NCBI GenBank assembly: GCA_030833905.1 | Contig: JAURGG010000001.1 | Span: forward strand, 19,411 to 83,410 | DNA length: 64,000 bases | Direction: 5' to 3' | Source: Schleiferiaceae bacterium | Lineage (GTDB): Bacteria; Bacteroidota; Bacteroidia; Flavobacteriales; Schleiferiaceae | Shown here: one piece after another, positions 7,598 through 16,516 of the stretch | Position numbering within the stretch: the first letter of the stretch is position 1 | How the letters are laid out: every line of letters starts with the position of its first letter | The notes under the pieces: generated by a model | What the model was told of the DNA's origin: nothing | What the model saw: only the letters and a program-made list of their open reading frames with translations | Database searches by the model: none | Made by a program: the position numbers and the translations under genes

Positions 7598-8713
7598 ATG
7601 ATTTCGCCCGAAAAAATTAAGGAATACCAACAGCGCATTATCGACCTGAAAGGCTACTTGCGCCTTGAAGAAAAGCGCATTACTGCCGCGAACGAAGAAG
7701 AAAAAACGGGCAATCCGAGCTTTTGGGACGACCCCAAGAAGGCCGAGCAAACCATGCGCAAAATCCGCGAACTGAAGTACTGGATCCAAGGCTACGAGGC
7801 CGTTCAGGCTCAGATGGGCGAGGTTGAGGCGTCCGTAGAGTTCTTTCGTGAGGGACTCCTCGAAGAATCCGAAGTAGATGCGGCCGTCGCACAGCTCGAT
7901 GAGCAGCTGAGCACGATGGAGTTCCGCAACATGCTGAGCGGCGAAGAAGACAAAATGAGCGCCGTACTGCAGGTGACGGCGGGGGCGGGCGGAACCGAGT
8001 CCTGCGACTGGGCCGGTATGCTCATGCGCATGTACCTGCGATGGGCCGAGCGCAACGGGCACAAAGTCCGCGAGCTGAACTTTCAAGAGGGCGAAGTTGC
8101 CGGCGTCAAGACCGTGACGCTCGAGATCGAAGGCGAGTACGTATTTGGCTACCTCAAAGGCGAGAACGGAGTGCACCGCTTGGTGCGCATCAGTCCGTTT
8201 GACTCGAACGCGCGCCGCCATACTTCTTTTGTGAGCGTGTACGTGTACCCGCTCGTCGACGACACCATCGACATTCAGGTCAATATGGCCGACATTGACT
8301 GGGACACTTTTCGCTCGAGCGGAGCCGGTGGCCAGAACGTCAACAAGGTCGAAACGGGCGTTCGACTGCGCCACAAGCCGTCGGGCATCGTGATTGAGAA
8401 TACCGAAACCCGCTCGCAGCTTCAAAACAAAGAGAAGGCCATTCAGCTCCTTAAGTCGCGGCTGTACGAGCAGGTCATCGAAGAGCGCAACGCCAAGCGC
8501 AGCGAAATCGAAGCAGGTAAAAAGAAAATTGAGTGGGGATCCCAGATTCGCAACTACGTGCTGCACCCCTACAAGCTGGTCAAGGATGTGCGCACCGGCG
8601 TCGAAACGAGCGACCCTGATTCGGTGCTCGATGGCGAACTGGACGCATTTCTCAAAGCCTACCTGATGTCTGACGGTCAAGCGGCCGGAGACTTCGCCGA
8701 CGACGGGCTTTAA
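7598..8713 (+). CDS. prfB: peptide chain release factor 2 (single uninterrupted frame)
   Basis: 371 aa with the SPF motif (RISPFDS), GGQ motif (SGAGGQNVNK) and an RF2-type N-terminus ...DLKGYLRLEEK. The upstream part of the tracked 554-aa ORF is antisense to ltaE. Confidence 0.95.
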   Translation: MISPEKIKEYQQRIIDLKGYLRLEEKRITAANEEEKTGNPSFWDDPKKAEQTMRKIRELKYWIQGYEAVQAQMGEVEASVEFFREGLLEESEVDAAVAQLDEQLSTMEFRNMLSGEEDKMSAVLQVTAGAGGTESCDWAGMLMRMYLRWAERNGHKVRELNFQEGEVAGVKTVTLEIEGEYVFGYLKGENGVHRLVRISPFDSNARRHTSFVSVYVYPLVDDTIDIQVNMADIDWDTFRSSGAGGQNVNKVETGVRLRHKPSGIVIENTETRSQLQNKEKAIQLLKSRLYEQVIEERNAKRSEIEAGKKKIEWGSQIRNYVLHPYKLVKDVRTGVETSDPDSVLDGELDAFLKAYLMSDGQAAGDFADDGL

Positions 8714-8746
8714 GCTCGCTCGGGGCGCTTTCGTACCTTCGGGGGG

Positions 8747-11700
8747 ATGCGTCGACTCCTGCATTTTTTGGTCATGTACGTGGCGGCCTTTGGTCCGCTC
8801 ACGGGGCAGGGGCTGTTCAAGCCTGATCCGCTCATTGTTCCGAACGGAGGGCAGTGGCCGAGCGAGGTACTTGCGATGGCCAACCTCGATGCGGCGCGGG
8901 TTTGGGTGCTTGCCGACGGCTTGCGGTTTGCAGCTCGGCTCCCTGGCGAGTCCGACAGTGTGGCGGTGTGGACCGAGCGCTATGTGGGGTCGCAGGGCGG
9001 AACCTTAGACCTCAATCCCAGCAGCCACCCCATCACCTTCGTGCTCGGGCGCGGGGAATCAGCTACCGTTTGCGGAGCAAGCCAGGCATGGTTGCGCAAC
9101 GTCTACCCAGGCGTGGACCTTGAGCTCCGAATTGAGGCAGGGCGGCTTAAAACGTGGTGGCACGGTGACACCCAGACGTGCCTACGCATTCAATTTGAGG
9201 GTGCCGTAGCCCGCCGCGTGCCGCGAGCTCCTGCAGTGCTGGAACTAGAGACGCCGGCGGGTTCCGCGCGCATGGATGCCGCGACGGCCTACGACGCCCA
9301 AGGTCGCGAGGTGAACGTGCAGTGGCAGCGCACTCCTGAGGGCTGGACCCTTCATGCCCTCGGGGCTCAGCGCATCGATCCGACCTACGTGTTCAGCAGC
9401 TTTAGCGGTTCACTTAGCGACAACTTTGGGTACACCGCGACCTACGACCTTCAGGGGCGAACGTGGCTGGGCGGAGTGGCCTTCGGAACCCAATACCCCA
9501 CGCAGAACGGAGTCCAAGCCAATTTTGGCGGCGGCGGAGTCGACATCGCCCTGATGCTGTTCAATCCGAGCGGAACGGGCATCATCTCGTCGACCTACCT
9601 CGGAGGGGCGGGTCAAGAGCAGCCGCATTCTCTGCGCGTGGCACCCAACGGAGACCTCGTGCTGATGGGGGTGAGCAACTCGAGGAATTTTCCGACGAGT
9701 GCTGCGGCCTACGATACGTCACTGGCCTACCAGCCTGCCGGCGGCACCATGGGTGGGGGAGGCGTAGTTTTTCAGTCGCCCACCGACGTGGTGCTGGTGC
9801 GGCTCAATCCCACGGGTTCGGCGCTGCAGGCCTCGACCTACTACGGCCGCTTTGGGTACGATGGGCTTCAGGACGTGAGCACGCCGCACTACGGCGACGA
9901 GGCGCGCGGTGATGTGTGGGTCGACTCGGGCGGAATCTGGATCGCTACCGCCAGCCGGTCCCGCGGTTTGGCCACTTGGCCCTTGGATACGTCTCGGGGC
10001 GGAACCACCGACGGACTCCTCGCGCACTTCAGCCCCGACCTTGACACGCTGCGCTGGGCAACCTATGTCGGTGGTCCCGGCTTGGACGGACTGACCTCGC
10101 TCATTCCCACCCCAGGTCCTGCGGGTGACCGCCTCGCGGTGCTCGGCTGGACCTCGGGTATGGGCAATCTTCCGGGTTCGGGCATTACCACCGTGCCTAA
10201 CGGCCAAGCTGAGGCCTACTACGCGCTGTTTGATCCGTCCAATGGCCAGATGCTTGGCCAGACCTACCTCGAGCCGCAGTACTGCACTTCGTATGGATTT
10301 TTAGCCGCGCAGAACCCCGCCGGGGCGTATGCCGCCGTAGGCGATTCGAGCGCGGTGCTGCTCTCGCTGGGATTGGGTACGCTCTGCCAGGGTTCGGGCC
10401 CCTACGTTGGGCCGCTCGCGCCCACGCCCGGGCTGTGGCAAAATCCGAATTCAACCCAAATCCTCACGTGGATCAAGGCCGAGGGCGACAGCATTTACCG
10501 CACGCAGTACGTCGGCAACGGCCAACTCAACCGGCGCATTTCGCCGACGGCCCTTCAGGTGGACGACTGCGGAACCGCCTACTTCTCAGGCTGGTTTGGC
10601 AACCTAAATGGGGGCTTGATCACCAACCTGTACACCAGTCCCAACGCCTACCAGTCCACTACCGACGGCAAGGACTTTTACTTCTTGGCCTTGGACCGCT
10701 ACGGCAACCCAGAGTACGCCAGCTACTTCGGCGGCAACGGGGCAGACGAGCACGTCGACGGCGGAACCTCGCGCTTCGACCCCAATGGCGTGATTCACCA
10801 GGCCATTTGTGCGGGCTGTGGGGGCACCGACAACCTCCCGATTTTTCCGTCCAACGCCCACTCTGCGACCAACAACTCGCCCAACTGCAACATGGCAGGC
10901 GTTCAGATTGCGTTTGAACTCTTGGCTGCTGTGGCCCAGCTCGACCTCAGCGTCGATACCATTTGTGCGGGCGACAGCCTCTACCTTACCGGAACCACCA
11001 GCCGCACCGACATCCTCACCGTGGCGTGGGGCGATGGTGCTACATGGACGGGCGCGCCCAATCCGCTTCCTGGGCACAGCTACGCTGTGCCCGGACCCTA
11101 TGCTCTGACGCTGACCGCACTTGACACCATTTGCCTGACCCAAGCGGTTCAAACGCTTAATCTGTGGGTGCTACCGGGGTCTGCGGTCCGCGCAGATGCG
11201 CAACTGAGTTTTGATCCGTGCGACCCTTCGCGGAGCATTACCTTGAGTCCCGGACCTAATGTCAGCGCGGAGTGGCTCGTGCTGTACGATGCCAACGGCT
11301 CGATCGATTCAGTGGCATCGCCCTTTGCGTGGTCCGGAACGTCCCTGGTGGATTCCTACTCGGCTTGGCTGGTGGCCTACGACAACGTCTGCGGGCAGCG
11401 CGACAGCCTTCAACTCATTGCGGAATTTCGCCCGGCGCTCACGGTACCAATCGCTAGCGTCACGGCGCCGTTCTGCTTGGACGGACAGCCGGTGCGGGGG
11501 CAGGGCCAGCGGGGCAATTCGACCAATTCCTACTGGCGCATTCCCGGCGGCGGAACCGTTCAGGGCCCCAACGTTCAGTGGCCGGCGACGCAGGCCGGCA
11601 ACCTCACTGCGTGGTTCGTAGTGGCTGACACAGTCTGCGGAACCAAAGATTCCGTCCAAGTCACCTACCAAATTTTTGGCGCAGACATCGACAGTCTTCA

Positions 11701-11971
11701 AGTCCCCAACGTGTTTACGCCTAACGAGGACGGCATCAATGACGCGTTTCATTTGCGCGGAACCGAGGCCAGCGCGCTCGCCCAGATCAACCTAGTGGTG
11801 TACAGCCGCTGGGGCCAAGAAGTCTTTCGAACCAACGACCCCCTTTTTGCGTGGGACGGACGCTACCAGGGTCGGATGCTTTCGCCAGGGGTCTACCTCT
11901 ACCACCTCACGTGGCAGAGCCAGTGCGGCACGTCCGGCGACCAGCACGGACCAGTCACGCTCAACCAATAA
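8747..11971 (+). CDS. large secreted T9SS type-B C-terminal-domain protein (beta-propeller-like repeats plus PKD-like domains)
   Basis: 1074 aa with signal peptide MRRLLHFLVMYVAAFGPLTGQ. Five Y[LVF]GG.G-type blade motifs, a VAWGDG PKD-like region, and a C-terminus VPNVFTPNEDGINDAFHL...GVYLYHL typical of the gliding-motility-associated (CHU_C / type B) sorting domain. Confidence 0.85.
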   Translation: MRRLLHFLVMYVAAFGPLTGQGLFKPDPLIVPNGGQWPSEVLAMANLDAARVWVLADGLRFAARLPGESDSVAVWTERYVGSQGGTLDLNPSSHPITFVLGRGESATVCGASQAWLRNVYPGVDLELRIEAGRLKTWWHGDTQTCLRIQFEGAVARRVPRAPAVLELETPAGSARMDAATAYDAQGREVNVQWQRTPEGWTLHALGAQRIDPTYVFSSFSGSLSDNFGYTATYDLQGRTWLGGVAFGTQYPTQNGVQANFGGGGVDIALMLFNPSGTGIISSTYLGGAGQEQPHSLRVAPNGDLVLMGVSNSRNFPTSAAAYDTSLAYQPAGGTMGGGGVVFQSPTDVVLVRLNPTGSALQASTYYGRFGYDGLQDVSTPHYGDEARGDVWVDSGGIWIATASRSRGLATWPLDTSRGGTTDGLLAHFSPDLDTLRWATYVGGPGLDGLTSLIPTPGPAGDRLAVLGWTSGMGNLPGSGITTVPNGQAEAYYALFDPSNGQMLGQTYLEPQYCTSYGFLAAQNPAGAYAAVGDSSAVLLSLGLGTLCQGSGPYVGPLAPTPGLWQNPNSTQILTWIKAEGDSIYRTQYVGNGQLNRRISPTALQVDDCGTAYFSGWFGNLNGGLITNLYTSPNAYQSTTDGKDFYFLALDRYGNPEYASYFGGNGADEHVDGGTSRFDPNGVIHQAICAGCGGTDNLPIFPSNAHSATNNSPNCNMAGVQIAFELLAAVAQLDLSVDTICAGDSLYLTGTTSRTDILTVAWGDGATWTGAPNPLPGHSYAVPGPYALTLTALDTICLTQAVQTLNLWVLPGSAVRADAQLSFDPCDPSRSITLSPGPNVSAEWLVLYDANGSIDSVASPFAWSGTSLVDSYSAWLVAYDNVCGQRDSLQLIAEFRPALTVPIASVTAPFCLDGQPVRGQGQRGNSTNSYWRIPGGGTVQGPNVQWPATQAGNLTAWFVVADTVCGTKDSVQVTYQIFGADIDSLQVPNVFTPNEDGINDAFHLRGTEASALAQINLVVYSRWGQEVFRTNDPLFAWDGRYQGRMLSPGVYLYHLTWQSQCGTSGDQHGPVTLNQ

Positions 11972-11996
11972 AAAAGCCACCCTATGCGGGTGGCTT
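11971..11996 (-). terminator. rho-independent terminator of fumC
   Basis: AAGCCACCC-TATGC-GGGTGGCTT stem-loop. Read on the minus strand it is followed by TTTTT. Confidence 0.75.
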
Positions 11997-12017
11997 GATG
12001 TAGCTGGCTGGCTGGGC

Positions 12018-13415
12018 TTAGTGCCCGACCATGTCTTCGGGGCGAACCCAAGCGTCGAATTCCTCAGCGGTGACATAGCCCAGTTTGAGGGCGGCTTCTT
12101 TGAGTGTGCTTCCTTCGGCGTGGGCCGTTTTGGCGATTTTGGCCGCCTTGTCGTACCCAATGTGGGTATTGAGCGCGGTGACTAGCATCAGCGAATTCTC
12201 GAGGTGGCGCTGAATGATGGGGTAGTTGGGCTCGATTCCAGCTGCGCACTTGTCGGTAAACGATACGCAAGCGTCGCCGATGAGACGCGCGCTCTGCAGC
12301 ACGTTGGCCGCAATCAAGGGCTTGAACACGTTGAGTTCAAAGTGTCCGGTGGCTCCGCCAAGCGAAACGGCCACGTCGTTTCCGATCACCTGAGCAGCGA
12401 CCATTGTGAGGGCCTCGGGTTGGGTCGGGTTGACTTTGCCGGGCATGATGCTCGATCCGGGCTCGTTGTCTGGAATAATGATTTCACCAATCCCCGAGCG
12501 TGGCCCCGACGACAGCATGCGCACGTCGTTGCCAATTTTCATAAGCGAAACCGCCACACGCTTGAACGCTCCACTGAGCTCGACCATGGCGTCGTGCGCG
12601 GCCAAGGCCTCAAACTTATTTGGAGCCGTTGTGAACGGCATACCCGTGAGCTCAGCAATTTGTGCAGCGACTGCCACGTCGTATCCCTTGGGAGTGTTGA
12701 GGCCGGTGCCCACGGCGGTTCCGCCCAAGGCCAACTCGGCGACCATTTCGAGCGCGTTGTTGATGGCGCGAATTCCGTTGTCGAGCTGCTGCACGTAGCC
12801 GCTAAATTCCTGTCCGAGGGTCAGGGGAGTAGCGTCCATGAAGTGGGTGCGGCCGGTCTTGACCACATTTTTAAAGGCGTCTGCTTTGGCAGCCAGTGCG
12901 TTGCGCAGGTGGCGAATTCCGGGAACTGTAGTGCGCACCGTCTGAAGGTAGGCCGCAATGTGCATCGCCGTCGGGAAGGTGTCGTTCGAGGACTGCGACT
13001 TGTTGACGTCGTCGTTGGGGTGAAGCACCTTGTTCGCGTCCAGCAGGCTGCCGCCGCTCAGCACGTGCCCGCGGTAGGCAATGACCTCGTTGACGTTCAT
13101 GTTGCTTTGGGTTCCGGAACCGGTCTGCCAAATGACCAACGGAAACTCTGCGTCGTGCTGGCCCGTGAGGATTTCGTCGCAGACTTTGCCAATGAGCTCG
13201 GCCTTTTCGGCGGACAAAACGCCCAAGTCGCGGTTGGTCAAAGCCGCCGCTTTTTTGAGGTAGGCAAAGGCGTGCACAATCTCTTTGGGCATGCTGCCTT
13301 CAGGGCCGATTTTAAAGTTGGTGCGCGAGCGCTCGGTCTGGGCGCCCCAGTAGGCGGTTGCGGGAACGTGGACTTCGCCCATCGTGTCGCGTTCAATGCG
13401 GGTTTGTGTGCTCAT
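12018..13415 (-). CDS. fumC: class II fumarate hydratase
   Basis: 465 aa with [13 protein letters not shown] signature and N-terminus [25 protein letters not shown]. Confidence 0.97.
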   Translation of the reverse strand: MSTQTRIERDTMGEVHVPATAYWGAQTERSRTNFKIGPEGSMPKEIVHAFAYLKKAAALTNRDLGVLSAEKAELIGKVCDEILTGQHDAEFPLVIWQTGSGTQSNMNVNEVIAYRGHVLSGGSLLDANKVLHPNDDVNKSQSSNDTFPTAMHIAAYLQTVRTTVPGIRHLRNALAAKADAFKNVVKTGRTHFMDATPLTLGQEFSGYVQQLDNGIRAINNALEMVAELALGGTAVGTGLNTPKGYDVAVAAQIAELTGMPFTTAPNKFEALAAHDAMVELSGAFKRVAVSLMKIGNDVRMLSSGPRSGIGEIIIPDNEPGSSIMPGKVNPTQPEALTMVAAQVIGNDVAVSLGGATGHFELNVFKPLIAANVLQSARLIGDACVSFTDKCAAGIEPNYPIIQRHLENSLMLVTALNTHIGYDKAAKIAKTAHAEGSTLKEAALKLGYVTAEEFDAWVRPEDMVGH

Positions 13416-13419
13416 GGGG

Positions 13420-13427
13420 CAAAATTA
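13420..13427 (-). promoter_or_regulatory. -7 box TAATTTTG, 4 nt upstream of the fumC ATG
   Basis: The minus strand reads TAATTTTG-CCCC-ATG. Confidence 0.5.
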
Positions 13428-13465
13428 CACCCGACACGGGGCGCAAAGAATTGCTCAGTGTCACT

Positions 13466-13473
13466 TATCTTTG
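13466..13473 (+). promoter_or_regulatory. -7 box TATCTTTG, 40 nt upstream of the small membrane-protein ORF
   Basis: Exact TAnnTTTG match. Confidence 0.5.
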
Positions 13474-13513
13474 CCCCACTACGAATTCAACGTACCCTTC
13501 AACGCAGCGCACT

Positions 13514-13675
13514 ATGAAATTCCTCGGATTCCTCCTCGCCATCATGATCATCCTGACCGGATTCAGCATGCTCGTCTTTCTCGCCTTGTTCGTGGGCTAC
13601 TGGCTGACCTTGATCGGTTTGGAGCGCGTAATGCCCGAGCGCATCTACAAGTGGCTCGAGGGGGCGAAGCGCTAG
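13514..13675 (+). CDS. 53-aa two-TM small membrane protein (hypothetical)
   Basis: MKFLGFLLAIMIILTGFSMLVFLALFVGYWLTLIGLERVMPERIYKWLEGAKR. Strongly GC3-biased codons, its own -7 box upstream and a strong terminator downstream. The tracked 105-aa version starts inside the fumC promoter region and is rejected. Confidence 0.55.
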   Translation: MKFLGFLLAIMIILTGFSMLVFLALFVGYWLTLIGLERVMPERIYKWLEGAKR

Positions 13676-13693
13676 ACTTCGCACTAAACCAAC

Positions 13694-13723
13694 AAAAAAG
13701 GCGCCCATCGGGCGCCTTTTTTT
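13694..13723. terminator. bidirectional rho-independent terminator (small ORF / manC)
   Basis: AAAAAA-GGCGCCC-ATC-GGGCGCC-TTTTTTT, an A-run and a T-run flanking a GC stem between convergent genes. Confidence 0.85.
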
Positions 13724-13740
13724 GTGAACTCAGTTACCGA

Positions 13741-14826
13741 CTACACAAAATCTTCGCCACGGCGCATCTTGACGTCGTTCACGAACTGCTTGATTTCTTG
13801 CTCTTTACTGCGCGGGCAAATCAAGAGGCGGTTTTCACTCAAAATCACAATGTAGTCCTGCAGTCCGTCGACCACGGCAACCATGTCCTCTGGAATGTGG
13901 TAGGTGTTTCCGGTCGCATCGTACGACAGCACGTGGGTGCCTCCTCCGGTGTTTCCATGCATGTCTGCCGCCCGCTGCTCGTGCACCGCACCCCAGCTTC
14001 CCAGGTCAGACCATCCGAATTCTGCAGGCATCACTAGAACCTGCTTTGCTTTTTCAAGGATTCCGTAGTCGATGGATTCGTTGGGGCACTCGCCGTACAT
14101 CGAGCGAATGAACTCAGCCTCTGTCGTGGTTCCGTAGTGCTCCCAACCCGCACTAAATCCAGCGTACATCTCAGGCATGTGCTTTTCAAATGCGCTCAGT
14201 ATGGCATTCGAGTTCCACACAAAAATTCCGGCGTTCCACAAAAACTCTCCCGTGGCGATAAACTGCTCGGCCATCTCTCGGTTGGGCTTTTCGGTAAACG
14301 TTTTAACAGGGTGAACGTCATTCGCGTACTCTGACTTTTCGGGGCGGAACTGAATGTATCCGTAGCCGGTTTCAGGACGTACGGGATTCATGCCGAGTGT
14401 CATGAGTACGTTGTGGGTTCCGGTGGTGGCGAGGGCAGAGGTGAGGCGTGCGGTGAATTCCGCTTCGTTGGTGACCAAATGGTCGGCGGGTGTCACGACG
14501 AAGTTGGCGAGTGGATCGCGCTTTTTCAAGACAAATGCCGCATAGGCCACGCACGGAGCAGTGTTGCGTCGGGCTGGTTCGGTTAAAATCCGCTGGCGAT
14601 TGAGTTCCGGAAGTTGCTCCAGGCACGCGTCCGCATAGTCTACGTGGGTCACCACATAAATATGGTCGGCCGGAACGACAGACTTCATGCGTCGAAACGT
14701 CTGCTGAAGTAGGGTTTCGCCCGTCCCGAGAATGTCGAGAAACTGCTTGGGTGTTCGCGAAGTAGAGGTTGGCCAAAAGCGCGAACCGACTCCGCCTGCC
14801 ATGATTACGGCGTAATTGTGTTCCAT
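13741..14826 (-). CDS. mannose-1-phosphate guanylyltransferase
   Basis: 361 aa: MEHNYAVIMAGGVGSRFWPTS..PKQF, the nucleotidyl transferase signature of the ManC/CpsB family. Confidence 0.9.
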   Translation of the reverse strand: MEHNYAVIMAGGVGSRFWPTSTSRTPKQFLDILGTGETLLQQTFRRMKSVVPADHIYVVTHVDYADACLEQLPELNRQRILTEPARRNTAPCVAYAAFVLKKRDPLANFVVTPADHLVTNEAEFTARLTSALATTGTHNVLMTLGMNPVRPETGYGYIQFRPEKSEYANDVHPVKTFTEKPNREMAEQFIATGEFLWNAGIFVWNSNAILSAFEKHMPEMYAGFSAGWEHYGTTTEAEFIRSMYGECPNESIDYGILEKAKQVLVMPAEFGWSDLGSWGAVHEQRAADMHGNTGGGTHVLSYDATGNTYHIPEDMVAVVDGLQDYIVILSENRLLICPRSKEQEIKQFVNDVKMRRGEDFV

Positions 14827-14846
14827 TGCCCAGTGGGGTTAGGCCG

Positions 14847-14854
14847 CAAAGGTA
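14847..14854 (-). promoter_or_regulatory. -7 box TACCTTTG, 20 nt upstream of the manC-like ATG
   Basis: Exact TAnnTTTG match on the minus strand. Confidence 0.5.
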
Positions 14855-14872
14855 GGGAAGTCCCTGAGGTCG

Positions 14873-14880
14873 TACCTTTG
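14873..14880 (+). promoter_or_regulatory. -7 box TACCTTTG, 38 nt upstream of the adk ATG
   Basis: Exact TAnnTTTG match, arranged back to back with the minus-strand box 19 nt away. Confidence 0.5.
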
Positions 14881-14918
14881 CCGCCTTGATCGTTTTCGGT
14901 CATTTACGCACCATCCGC

Positions 14919-15491
14919 ATGAAGAACATTGTACTCTTTGGCCCTCCAGGGGCAGGTAAAGGCACGCAAAGTGCCCTGCTCGTCGATGAATTTGCACTAG
15001 TTCACCTCTCTACGGGTGACATTTTTCGCCGCAACATTCGCGAGGCGACCGAGTTAGGTCGGTGGGCTAAGTCATTTATGGACCAGGGGCAATTGGTTCC
15101 GGACGACGTGACCATTGCCATGCTTAAGGACGAATGGACCAAGCATCCTGATGCGGCCGGGTTCATTTTTGACGGATTCCCACGCACTTCGGCACAGGCT
15201 GCGGCCCTTGACGAAATCCTTGCGGATGCGGGTACTGGCGTCACCGCGATGATCGGTCTCGAAGTTGACGACGAAGAGCTTGTCACTCGTCTTTTGGCAC
15301 GCGGCGCTACCTCAGGCCGTGCAGATGACGCCAACGAAGATGTGATTCGCCAGCGCCTTGCGGTGTACACCCGCGAAACCGCTCCGGTTCAGTCCTACTA
15401 CGAGGCCCAGGGCAAGTACCGCGGCCTCAATGGCGTGGGCAGCATTGAGTCCATTACGGACGAATTGCGCAGCCTTATTCAATCTCTATAA
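14919..15491 (+). CDS. adk: adenylate kinase
   Basis: From the ATG at 14919: MKNIVLFGPPGAGKGTQS... with a P-loop and a short LID (no zinc cysteines). Confidence 0.95.
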   Translation: MKNIVLFGPPGAGKGTQSALLVDEFALVHLSTGDIFRRNIREATELGRWAKSFMDQGQLVPDDVTIAMLKDEWTKHPDAAGFIFDGFPRTSAQAAALDEILADAGTGVTAMIGLEVDDEELVTRLLARGATSGRADDANEDVIRQRLAVYTRETAPVQSYYEAQGKYRGLNGVGSIESITDELRSLIQSL

Positions 15492-15502
15492 CTTACGTAC
15501 CC

Positions 15503-16516
15503 GTGGCAGATTCTAATTTTATTGACTACGTCAAGGTCTTCTTGCAGTCCGGCCACGGGGGCGGAGGAAGCCGCCACTTCTTTCGTGCCAAGGGCCTGCC
15601 AAAAGGTGGTCCCGACGGTGGCGATGGAGGCCGCGGTGGCCACATCATTTTAGAGGCAAATCCCCAAATGTGGACCTTGATTCACCTCAAGTACCGCAAG
15701 CACATCAAGGCCGAGCCCGGCGTCAACGGTAGCCGCAACCAGCGCATTGGCGGCAGTGGTGAAGACATCGTTCTGCAGGTTCCGCTCGGAACCGTCGTCA
15801 AAGATGCCGAAACCCTTGAAGTGCTCTGCGAGCTCACCGAACCTGGAGAGCGCCGCGTGTTCTTGCCCGGAGGCCGCGGTGGCCGCGGAAACGCCTTCTT
15901 CAAAAATTCAGTCAACCAAGCTCCAGAGCACGCCCAGCCCGGTGAAGAAGGCCGCGAAGGCTGGTTCCTTCTCGAGCTCAAGGTCCTCGCGGACGTAGGT
16001 CTAGTCGGATTCCCGAACGCAGGTAAATCCACCCTTCTCAGCGCCGTGAGTGCCGCCAAGCCAGAGATCGCCGACTACCCGTTCACGACCCTCGTGCCCA
16101 ACCTCGGTGTCGTCGCCCACCGCGACTACACGTCGTTTGTAATGGCCGACATTCCGGGACTCATCGAGGGAGCCGCCGAAGGCCGTGGTCTTGGACACCG
16201 CTTCTTGAAGCACATTGAACGCAATGCCTTGCTCTTGTTTTTGGTTCCGTGCGATGCCCCCGACGTCGTCGAGCAGTACCACATTTTGCTCGGCGAACTA
16301 GAGCGATTCAACCCAGAGTTGCTCACGAAGCGCCGCGTGCTGGCCATTTCAAAGACCGACATGCTCGACGAAGACCTTCTCGGTCAGCTGCTGGATGGCG
16401 TGCTTCCACGCCTCCCCAAGGACTTGGCGCTTACCACATTTAGCAGTGTAACGGGTCAAGGGTTGGACCAACTCAAAGATTTGCTGTGGGATTCATTGAA
16501 TCGCTCGATCGACTAG
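15503..16516 (+). CDS. obg: GTPase ObgE/CgtA
   Basis: 337 aa with a GTG start, an Obg-fold glycine-rich N-terminus (GGDGGRGGHI), and G1 GFPNAGKST and G3 DIPGLIEGA motifs. Confidence 0.95.
   Translation: MADSNFIDYVKVFLQSGHGGGGSRHFFRAKGLPKGGPDGGDGGRGGHIILEANPQMWTLIHLKYRKHIKAEPGVNGSRNQRIGGSGEDIVLQVPLGTVVKDAETLEVLCELTEPGERRVFLPGGRGGRGNAFFKNSVNQAPEHAQPGEEGREGWFLLELKVLADVGLVGFPNAGKSTLLSAVSAAKPEIADYPFTTLVPNLGVVAHRDYTSFVMADIPGLIEGAAEGRGLGHRFLKHIERNALLLFLVPCDAPDVVEQYHILLGELERFNPELLTKRRVLAISKTDMLDEDLLGQLLDGVLPRLPKDLALTTFSSVTGQGLDQLKDLLWDSLNRSID

Noticed and set aside
7562-8764. N-terminal ~400 aa of the tracked 745-aa minus-strand ORF
   Set aside because: It lies antisense to prfB and has no protein-like features. 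The real gene (ltaE) starts at the ATG at 7561, directly after a promoter-like box.
12204-13517. 437-aa plus-strand ORF covering the whole fumC locus
   Set aside because: It lies antisense to an unmistakable fumC. The product is low-complexity (G/V/A/R-rich) with no recognisable motif. Long antisense ORFs like this are expected from strong GC3 bias.
13384-14037. 217-aa plus-strand ORF spanning the fumC promoter, the small ORF, the terminator and the manC 3' end
   Set aside because: It crosses a strong terminator hairpin and lies antisense to the manC-like gene. Composition is R/H/L-rich noise.
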